From contig JBLDXI010000075.1 in assembly GCA_047495785.1 (NCBI GenBank), forward strand, positions 36,175-100,174: a DNA stretch of 64,000 nt. Direction: 5' to 3'. The notes beneath the pieces are model-generated. The model worked only from the letters and a program-made list of their open reading frames with translations, searched no databases and was not told where the DNA came from. Every line of letters begins with the position of its first letter. Within the stretch, counting starts at the first letter, position 1. The translations under genes and the position numbers were made by a program. This DNA comes from Lepidodermella squamata. Its lineage: Eukaryota; Animalia; Gastrotricha. This document shows positions 43,040 through 51,745 of this stretch, one piece after another.

Positions 43040-44506
43040 ATGTTTGATCAGATAATTAATAACTTGCCGACTGAATTGCATTTGCCTAGTTTTCCAGGTT
43101 CCAGTGAATATGTGCGGAAAGGTAGTTTTAACAATACGAACAAGTATTCATATGCTGGTCCTGGCACTAAATTTATTCAACGGATAAACGAAGGATACAA
43201 AGGCATAAATGATTTGGATAGAGCAGCAATGCAACATGATGCAGCTTATCATTTTTATAGAGATAGAGAGACACGAACAATATCTGATAGAATTTTGGCT
43301 GAAAGAGCTTTGAAAATTGCTCAGGATCCGAATAAAAATGGTAATGAAAAACTGATGGCAGCTTTTGTTTACAAAACGTTCACAGAGGGTGGTTTAGCTG
43401 ATAAGTTTCAAGGAAAAGGAATGACACTTCGTGAACGAAAGACGAAAGTAAGTTATGTAGAGCCAAAACTAGTAAGTAAAAATGAAACTAAAAAGATTAA
43501 GAAAATCAAGCATGTTCCTAATCTTTCCGAACCTTTAGAAGCGAGTAAAGTAAACTTCCCAATTCTAGCTGATGAATTACATAAACCGGTTAGAAAGCGA
43601 TTTCCAAGACGTAGGGTTATCGTCCATGATGTTGATGAAACATGGGGAATGGATATATGTTTCATGGTTGACTTGGCAGATGACAATGATGGCTACAAAT
43701 ATCTTTTAACTATCATTGATTGCTTTTCAAAATATGCATGGGCTGTGCCATTAAAAACAAAAGATGCTAAAACTGTATTTGATGCATTCATGACTGTTAT
43801 AAATAGAAGTAACAGAAAACCAAAAAATATTTGGGTTGATGAAGGTAGTGAATTTTATAACTCAATATTCACAAAATGGTTAAAAACAAATGATGTCATC
43901 AGATATTCGACGTATGAAAACTTTCATAACCCAATTATAGAGCGATTTAATAGAACGCTTAAAACTATGATGTGGAAGAGGTTCACTCTTGAAAATACAC
44001 GAAGATGGATAAATATGTTAGATACTTTGTTGGATGCTTATAACAATAAGAATCATAGATCAATTAAGATGACCCCATCTGAAGCAGTAAATCCAAATAA
44101 TAAAGAAAAAGTTTTACGAAGTCTCTATCCTAATCCCTCGCCGAAATTGAAAAAGCCAAAATTTATGCTGAATGACATTGTAAGGATTAGTAGAATTAAA
44201 GAGCATTTTGAAAAAGGATTTCATCCAAATTGGTCTGAAGAATTGTTGAGAATAGTAAAAGTCAATGATACATATCCAAGAACATATAAATTAAAAGCAT
44301 TAGACGGAGAGGAAGTAGTTGGTAGTTTTTATGAGCAGGAGTTACTAAAATCTAAAATAAATGAGAGCGATTTATATGACAACAGTATTCACAGGGTTGA
44401 GCAAATATTACAAAGGAAGAAAGTCAAAGGGAAAGATATGGTTTTAATTAAATGGGCAGGATATGACCATCCTACATGGGAAAAAGCAGAAAATATTATT
44501 GATTAG
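43040..44506 (+). CDS. Retroviral-like integrase with N-terminal parvovirus-type PLA2 domain and C-terminal chromodomain
   Basis: YAGPGT/HDAAY PLA2 motifs; DDE residues in GMD, WVDEG, IERFNRT; chromodomain VEQIL..LIKWAGY..TWE. Confidence 0.92.
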   Translation: MFDQIINNLPTELHLPSFPGSSEYVRKGSFNNTNKYSYAGPGTKFIQRINEGYKGINDLDRAAMQHDAAYHFYRDRETRTISDRILAERALKIAQDPNKNGNEKLMAAFVYKTFTEGGLADKFQGKGMTLRERKTKVSYVEPKLVSKNETKKIKKIKHVPNLSEPLEASKVNFPILADELHKPVRKRFPRRRVIVHDVDETWGMDICFMVDLADDNDGYKYLLTIIDCFSKYAWAVPLKTKDAKTVFDAFMTVINRSNRKPKNIWVDEGSEFYNSIFTKWLKTNDVIRYSTYENFHNPIIERFNRTLKTMMWKRFTLENTRRWINMLDTLLDAYNNKNHRSIKMTPSEAVNPNNKEKVLRSLYPNPSPKLKKPKFMLNDIVRISRIKEHFEKGFHPNWSEELLRIVKVNDTYPRTYKLKALDGEEVVGSFYEQELLKSKINESDLYDNSIHRVEQILQRKKVKGKDMVLIKWAGYDHPTWEKAENIID

Positions 44507-44626
44507 AGAGTGATGCATTTATGAATTACTCCCTACTGAGTCAAAATGGGAAAAGGGTGGATATATAAGAATGAGTTCAAACTGGCTTTAATGCGTTAAG
44601 TAATATTTATATTTCTCATCTATATA

Positions 44627-44878
44627 TTAAGTCAAGAAAATATTTTTCAATTTATTTGCGATGATGTTACTGACAAGTTCCTCCAATTGTTTTTCCGAAA
44701 TAACCAGCAGCTTATCCGTCGTATTAAGAATCGTATCATTCAATTGCGCCATGTGGAACGTTTCACGCCAGTACTTCTTACAGCTGTTTTTATGAACCTC
44801 TTTATATGCTAATAATTTTTCTTCTTCTGTCAGGTATTTTCTAGGTCTACCTCTGGGTTGCTTATTAATAGTTGTCAT
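44627..44878 (-). CDS. Small AT-hook protein
   Basis: PRGRPRKY motif; shares an upstream element with polB. Confidence 0.65.
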   Translation of the reverse strand: MTTINKQPRGRPRKYLTEEEKLLAYKEVHKNSCKKYWRETFHMAQLNDTILNTTDKLLVISEKQLEELVSNIIANKLKNIFLT

Positions 44879-45004
44879 AGTGAATTTCTATATATATTAT
44901 ATCAAGAAAATAATTCTTTAAGCATTTCCAAAAAGAATATGGAAAAAGAAAAAAATTGAAATTTCTATATAAGGAATTATTTTCTTAATATAATATATAT
45001 AAGA

Positions 45005-48000
45005 ATGAGTCAAGAAAATTCGTGCATACAGAGTCCAAAGGGTTTTGATATGAAAATGGGTGGAAAAGCCTTCAGAAAGTACATTAAAGAGGGTTTTACA
45101 TATGATGAAATTGGTAAAAAATGGCTTAAAAATGGTCAGCCGTATATTCATCATGTTGTTAATCCTGAAGACGGAAGTTTAATCCCTGTTAATGGGGAAA
45201 TATTTAATCAATTGATAGAACGTAATTATAAATATGAGAAATATAGAAACCAATTAAAAAAATTAGCATCTTTAAATGGCGGAAAAATTGAAGTCGGATC
45301 AAGAGAATTTGTAAAAATGGTTAGAAATACGCATGCTTACGATTCTGAAAATAACATATTAATCAAATATAAAAATAAGATAAGAGAAGGATATGTTTTT
45401 GACCCGATAAATGGTGAGCCTATACTAATAGGTGGAGAAAGATATGAAAGCTTGCGAAGACAGGGCTATGCTATTAAAGATAATTCAAATAAAATGTCTA
45501 AAAGACAGGAAAAGATTGGTTTTGTTGTCAACCCAAAAACAATGAATAAGATCAAAATTGATGGCAATAAATTTCATCAGCTCATTGCGGATGGATATAA
45601 ATACGTTAAAGGTACTAACAGCTTAGAAAAGGATGATTACTTTCATATAGTAAATGTTGATAATTTCGGACATTTCAGAAATATTCTTTCTCGCACTGAC
45701 TTAGAGCCAACAAACACATATGAAATAGATTTTTTCGAATATGCAAGGAAAATTAAACCTAAAGTAATAAACGAATATTGGAAACAATTCACTGAACGTG
45801 GCCCTGTAAAAGCTGTGTTGATAACAGCCTTATATTATCAGGAAAATAACGCGACACCAACTTATAAATGGAGTTCATCAAATGAGAGAGCCCCAACAAT
45901 AATTAGTTGCGATGATATCCCTGGTGTTGTAGAAAATATGTTCACACAAATGGGGTCGAGTATTCAAGAATACCATCAGCGAGATACTGGTGGGACTTTG
46001 TTAGGTATTGGAAATACAAGCGTATGTACATTTACGTATACGCCGCTAGCAGCTGGCTCATATATCGAGACACCCAAATGGATCGCTAATAAAAAAGCTG
46101 TCATTAATGTCCAGAACAAAGATAATAAATGCATAATATGGAGCATTCTCGCTTCACGACATCGATTTGATGATCATGCTTACCGAGTTTCGAAGTATGT
46201 TAAATATGAAAGTACGATAAAAATTGAAGGTGTAAAATTCCCAATCAACATTAAAGATATATCGAAATTGGAAGATATGAATAAAATACGAATAAACATT
46301 ATTGAATGTGGGAAAATTGATAAGGAGGTCCTCTTCCCGTTTTACGTGTCAGATAAAAAATTTCGAGAAGAAGTTAATCTGCTCAGAATTGTTGAAAATA
46401 AGCAAGCACATTACTGCTGGATTAAAAATCCAAGTGCACTTTTATCACGAGTGAATAAGCATGAGCATAAGCGATTCTGGTGTTTCAAATGTTTTCAAGG
46501 TTTTAATAGCGCTGAGTCAAAGCAACAACATATTGATAGACAGAAGTGCAATGAGAAAAATGGGAAAGTTAAAGTTGAAATGCCCTCGGGCGAGTCGGTT
46601 ATGTTTAAAAATTATGGCAAACAACTAAAAATACCATTTGTATTTTATTGCGACGCAGAGAGTTTCCTGGTTAAAACAGATGAGAAAAAGGGAGAAAACT
46701 CGAATATTTTTCAGAAACATGTAGCGAACTCTTTTGGTGCTTACCTTGCAAGTGATGTGGATAGCATCACCTCACGGTATGTAAAATTTGAGGGTGAGGA
46801 ATGCACTGAGAAATTTCTGAGATATTTGATAAAAACCGAATCTTTTTTGAGTTCATATCTGAGAAATACCAACAAGGCGATGCAATTGACAAGGCAACAA
46901 GAAACGGAATATAATAAGGCATCACAGTGTCATATTTGCAAAGGCGTCTTTGTCAATGATTCAGAGAAATTGAAAAAAGTACGAGATCATGATCATCTGA
47001 CAGGTTATTACAGAGGTGCAGCTCATAGTTTATGTAACTTGAAATATAGCTATAGAAATATCAATATACCAGTTGTATTTCATAATTTGAAAGGTTATGA
47101 TGCACATTTGATTTTACAGGCAGCTGGAAAAGTGATAGAGGAAGTAAATGAGGAAAGAATAAAAGAAAGGGATAAGTTACCAAAGGATCAGAAAAATCGT
47201 AGCAAGAAACCTCTGCTACAGATAGGAGCGATTGCGAATAGCTCAGAGAAATTCATTTCCTTCAACATTGGAAAATTAAGGTTCATGGATAGTCTTAATT
47301 TCATGTCAATAAGTTTGGCTGATTTGGTACAAAATTTGAAAAAATCAAACGGAGCGTTTCCTCATTTAAAGAGTCAATTTTCGAGGTTGACAGACCTGCA
47401 ATTAGATCTGATAAAACAGAAGGGATTTTATCCCTATGAATATATGGATGGCCCTGAAAAATTGGATGAGCCTTCGCTACCAGATATTGAACATTTTTCT
47501 AGCAGCCTTCACTCAAGTTCAATAGATGGGAAATTAGAGCGGGTACCAATATCACGAGAAGATTATGAACACGCTAAACGTGTATATAATGAATTTGGCT
47601 GTCGAAAACTGAAAGACTATCATAACCTTTATTTGAAAACTGATGTGTTACTTTTAGCTGATTGTTTCGAAAGTTTCAGGGAAACATGTATGAAATATTA
47701 TACTTTGGATCCTGCTCATTATTTAACGGCACCAAGCTTGTCCTGGGATGCCATGTTGAAGAAAACCGGAGTTCAAATCGAACTATTAGATAACGAAGAT
47801 ATGCTAACATTTGTAGAGGAGGGAATTCGAGGCGGTGTCAGCGTAATTACACATAGATATGCAGGAGCAAATAACAAATACATGTTAGAATACGATCCGG
47901 CGAAGCCTGATTCATATATAATATACCTGGATGCTAATAATCTTTACGGCTATGCCATGTCACAATTATTACCATTGGGACGATATCAATGGGAAAATAA

Positions 48001-49240
48001 CTTGGATAAATATACCACCGAATTTATAATGAATTTAGGAGATGATGATAACACTGGATATATGTTTATGGTAGATTTAGAATATCCTGCAACGCTGCAC
48101 GATGCACATAATGACTATCCATTCTGCCCTGAGCAGACAAGTTGCAACCCTAGCCCTTTCATGCAAAATGTTATCCAAGAATTGAAGCTATCGAAACCGC
48201 CAGCCATAAAAAAGCTGACTCAAAATCTAAATGACAAGACTCGCTATATTATTCATTACAGAAACCTGAAGCAGGCATTGAAAATGGGTTTGGTTTTGAA
48301 AAAAGTGCATAAAGTGTTGATCTTTGAGCAGTCTAAATGGTTGGCACCGTATATTGAATTCAATACTAAGAAGAGAAGTGAAGCTAAAAATGACTTTGAA
48401 AAAGACTTCTTCAAATTAATGAATAATGCCGTATTCGGAAAAACTATGGAGAATCTAAGAAAAAGAGTTGACGTTAGACTTGTGACTCAATCCGCGAAAT
48501 TACAAAAATTGATAAACAAGCCTAATTTCAAAGATGCCAAAGTGATTGCCGAAGATTTATGCAGCGTAAATATGGCAAAAACGTCTATCAAATTTGATCG
48601 TCCGATTATAGTCGGTTTCAGCGTTTTAGAATTATCGAAAACTTTAATATATGATTTTCATTACAACGTGATAAAGAATAGTTATGGCGATAAAGCAAAG
48701 CTATTATTCACTGATACTGATTCACTATGTTATCATGTAGAAACCGCAGATATATATAAGGACATGGAAAGTCTCAAAGAACTGATGGACTTCAGTGATT
48801 ACCCTAAAGATCACGCATTGCATTCAAACATGAACAAGAAAGTTATTGGTAAGTTCAAAGATGAATGCGCGGGAGGTATAACCCTTTCAACCATTACCGA
48901 ATTCGTTGGCCTGAGATCCAAATCATATAGCTTTAAATCTACAGTAATTTCGAGTGCTGGGGATAACTCTGGGCTCTATAAACAGACATCAGTAAAGAAA
49001 GCTAAAGGAGTTGTAAAACATTGTGTGAAAAAGCAGATACAATTTGAAAACTATAAAGATTGCGTATTGAAGCATGTAGTGACTAAAGCTACGTTCAATC
49101 AAATTCGATCGTTTAATCATAAGCTGGTAACTATTCAAAGTACGAAAGTAGCGTTATGTCCATATGATGATAAAAGATGGGTATGTGACGACGGCGTGAG
49201 CACATATGCGCATGGGCATTACACAACGCGTGCACGATAA
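45005..49240 (+). CDS. Protein-primed family B DNA polymerase (pPolB)
   Basis: HNLKGYD exonuclease motif, YLDANNLYG, KLMNNAVFGK, TDTDS; C2H2 finger and endonuclease VII-like CHIC..RDHDH insertion; open for 1411 aa. Confidence 0.97.
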   Translation: MSQENSCIQSPKGFDMKMGGKAFRKYIKEGFTYDEIGKKWLKNGQPYIHHVVNPEDGSLIPVNGEIFNQLIERNYKYEKYRNQLKKLASLNGGKIEVGSREFVKMVRNTHAYDSENNILIKYKNKIREGYVFDPINGEPILIGGERYESLRRQGYAIKDNSNKMSKRQEKIGFVVNPKTMNKIKIDGNKFHQLIADGYKYVKGTNSLEKDDYFHIVNVDNFGHFRNILSRTDLEPTNTYEIDFFEYARKIKPKVINEYWKQFTERGPVKAVLITALYYQENNATPTYKWSSSNERAPTIISCDDIPGVVENMFTQMGSSIQEYHQRDTGGTLLGIGNTSVCTFTYTPLAAGSYIETPKWIANKKAVINVQNKDNKCIIWSILASRHRFDDHAYRVSKYVKYESTIKIEGVKFPINIKDISKLEDMNKIRINIIECGKIDKEVLFPFYVSDKKFREEVNLLRIVENKQAHYCWIKNPSALLSRVNKHEHKRFWCFKCFQGFNSAESKQQHIDRQKCNEKNGKVKVEMPSGESVMFKNYGKQLKIPFVFYCDAESFLVKTDEKKGENSNIFQKHVANSFGAYLASDVDSITSRYVKFEGEECTEKFLRYLIKTESFLSSYLRNTNKAMQLTRQQETEYNKASQCHICKGVFVNDSEKLKKVRDHDHLTGYYRGAAHSLCNLKYSYRNINIPVVFHNLKGYDAHLILQAAGKVIEEVNEERIKERDKLPKDQKNRSKKPLLQIGAIANSSEKFISFNIGKLRFMDSLNFMSISLADLVQNLKKSNGAFPHLKSQFSRLTDLQLDLIKQKGFYPYEYMDGPEKLDEPSLPDIEHFSSSLHSSSIDGKLERVPISREDYEHAKRVYNEFGCRKLKDYHNLYLKTDVLLLADCFESFRETCMKYYTLDPAHYLTAPSLSWDAMLKKTGVQIELLDNEDMLTFVEEGIRGGVSVITHRYAGANNKYMLEYDPAKPDSYIIYLDANNLYGYAMSQLLPLGRYQWENNLDKYTTEFIMNLGDDDNTGYMFMVDLEYPATLHDAHNDYPFCPEQTSCNPSPFMQNVIQELKLSKPPAIKKLTQNLNDKTRYIIHYRNLKQALKMGLVLKKVHKVLIFEQSKWLAPYIEFNTKKRSEAKNDFEKDFFKLMNNAVFGKTMENLRKRVDVRLVTQSAKLQKLINKPNFKDAKVIAEDLCSVNMAKTSIKFDRPIIVGFSVLELSKTLIYDFHYNVIKNSYGDKAKLLFTDTDSLCYHVETADIYKDMESLKELMDFSDYPKDHALHSNMNKKVIGKFKDECAGGITLSTITEFVGLRSKSYSFKSTVISSAGDNSGLYKQTSVKKAKGVVKHCVKKQIQFENYKDCVLKHVVTKATFNQIRSFNHKLVTIQSTKVALCPYDDKRWVCDDGVSTYAHGHYTTRAR

Positions 49241-49837
49241 TAATTCACGCTTACAGGCGCGAGTCTGATGAGTCATCCGATTTTAAATTGTAATAAGTGA
49301 AAATACACGCTTACAAACGCGAGTGTGATGATTCATTATAATTTTAAATAGCAATAAATCGAAATAATGAACAAGCTATATAAATAACCCTGTGAACATA
49401 TTGACTTTTAATGAAACACGCTTGCAAGCGCGAACCCAGCATGATGAGTCATCAAAATTCGAGGAAAAACCTGCGGCAAATATTTGTTAATTTTTTTGAA
49501 AAAAATGTGTTTTTTATAATTCTCACATAACTTTATTTTTGAAAAAATATATAATTTGATTTTTTTCTGTGACCTTGAAAATTATCATGTACACGTGGCG
49601 GTTTTAGCACGTTTCCGGCATTTGCATCGATTTCACTCGTTCTTTGCGCTGTTCTTTTACCATCATTCGCGTCCATCGATTTCAGTAATTTATTCAATAG
49701 TTAGTCGATCTTCGCCTTTTAATTGGCCTTTTCATTTTCAATGACTGCCTTATTCAGAGTTGCGAAGTCTTGCGAAGTCTTAATTCCTGTTTACTCATCT
49801 TAAAACCCTGTCGATAATATTCCATTTATATTTTTAG

Positions 49838-50870
49838 ATGTCGAACGAAAAAGTTGTGAAAGCACATGAATATCATTAGATTAAGGGATTGATTGAGGAG
49901 AGAAATCGAAAGGCTGAGCTATGGCTAGCTTTTGCCAAAGCTGTAAGTGAGAGTTTGGATGAACGGTGAGTTTTGGCTGCTTTCAACTTTTTTCTTTATT
50001 TTTTGTTTTTCATCCTTTAGCCAGGCGAACTGCGAAAAGCTTATGGAGAAGTATCCTCAGGAGGAGCCGATAAAAGAACTGATTGCTAAAACCAACCAGC
50101 AATGTGAAGTATTATCGGGCATGATCGCGAATCTCCCTGATCTCCATGAAGAGATTCCAGAATCACCGCCTCACAGACTCAAACATCAGAAGAAACGAAA
50201 GCTTGAAGAAGATCCAATCAATGAAATTGATCCCAATACGCTGATGATGGTAAGTTCATATTTCTACAATTGAAGTTTATGCTCTAGATTTTCTTCATGA
50301 TAGGGACCTGATGGCTATCAGCATCCTATTGCAACCGATCAACAACTCTTGGAATTCTTGAAATTTTGTAAACATATACCGAATAATCAGGAATTATCTA
50401 AAGTAAATGTAAAATCCTTATCCCTCGATAAACTCATAGATCATTCTAAAAAAAAGGCGATAGATCTGAAAAACACGGTATCACTGAAACTAGCTAAAAC
50501 TTTCGATCTCGGCGAATGTATAGAATTGATTAGAGAGAAATATTTAGAGAATAACGGATCTGAGAGAGGCTTTATACCTTATGTTAGTAATGCTATAAAA
50601 CATTGCGAGCAGTGGATTCGTAAAATTGTGAACTTCTATCAGGATTTCAATTATTATCCAAACATTGTATATCTCCAATTATCTATAACTAATATGATGA
50701 AATTAGCCCCTAGACTGAAAAATCTGTTGGCTAACAACCTAGATTTTATTGCTTTTTATGATGAGCTGTGTGGTATTGATGATCAAGTCTTTGCAAACGA
50801 AACCGCTTCTACTTCAACCGCATCAACTGTTTCCGCTGCTGTGAATGATGAATCTGTAATGGATACGTGA
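49838..50870 (+). pseudogene. Intron-containing accessory gene inside the right TIR, with an early in-frame TAG
   Basis: ATG at 49838; GTAAGT donors near 49943 and 50250; helical C-terminal domain; TAG at codon 14. Confidence 0.5.
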
Positions 50871-51209
50871 TTAACGGCTTGAATATGTTAATTAATTCTT
50901 TTCAGTCATAAAAAAACTTAAAAATCGTAATTCTTAGACCAAATACTATTTCTGTTATTTCTTCTTATTTCTTCTTATTTCTTCTGAATCAGCTATCCCA
51001 TTTATTTAGTTTGAAATTTATTGACTTAAATGAACAATTTATTTGTTTATTTAAATCAGTCTCTCTTCTTTAAATTCCGAAATCCAATGTGTCGTGTGCT
51101 TTCACATCTTTTTCGTTCGACATCTCATAGTATTGTTTTGAATTGAGAGAGTGAGAGAATAAAATGAGAAGAATCTTGTTTTCAGTCTTACTTTTTATTG
51201 AAGCCCGAT

Positions 51210-51534
51210 TTTTAATAGCGAATGCTGAACGGAGAAATTTGCGTGAGCAGCAGGATATCTTATCCGGTGTAAATATCATTTCTAGACGGTGTTCTGAAAA
51301 CCACCCCTTTTCAGGCTATTCTCAAAATTTTAAGATCGGAAAATTCAGACGACCGGTGAAACTCAATTTAATTTTAGCTGGATATGCCTAGACCGCGATT
51401 TTGACTCGTTGGTGATGATTTTTGCATTTCGCAGAGCCCATGCGAAATGCCGAAAATTTGCCGCGGGGAATATGATAAAAGATGAAAATTTTATTTTGAG
51501 GCGGCTGGCCCAGCATCGGCCGATTCCTACTGCT
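51210..51534 (-). repeat. Right terminal inverted repeat (outer part)
   Basis: Reverse complement of 30212-30533 with scattered mismatches. Confidence 0.92.
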
Positions 51535-51745
51535 AGTATTACAATTTCCCGCATCAGTCATCACCAACACTGAGAACCGATTAAAAACCCCAAAAATGGA
51601 TGCATTCACGAGGAATCGAACCACCCTATATAAAAATACCACAACACAGAAACACAAAATTACAAAACAGTAATATGTCCAACGAATGTCTCGATGGCGT
51701 GAAAACGGCGGATCACCGGTGGCGGCGCTATTCGATCCGCCGCGA

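Larger units (their letters stand above)
30212..51534. mobile_element. Polinton/Maverick (adintovirus-like) endogenous dsDNA virus, about 21.3 kb
   Basis: 5'-AGCAGTAGG...CCTACTGCT-3' termini, long TIRs, pPolB, rve integrase, packaging ATPase, adenain, major and minor capsid genes; AT-rich intronless core. Confidence 0.95.
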
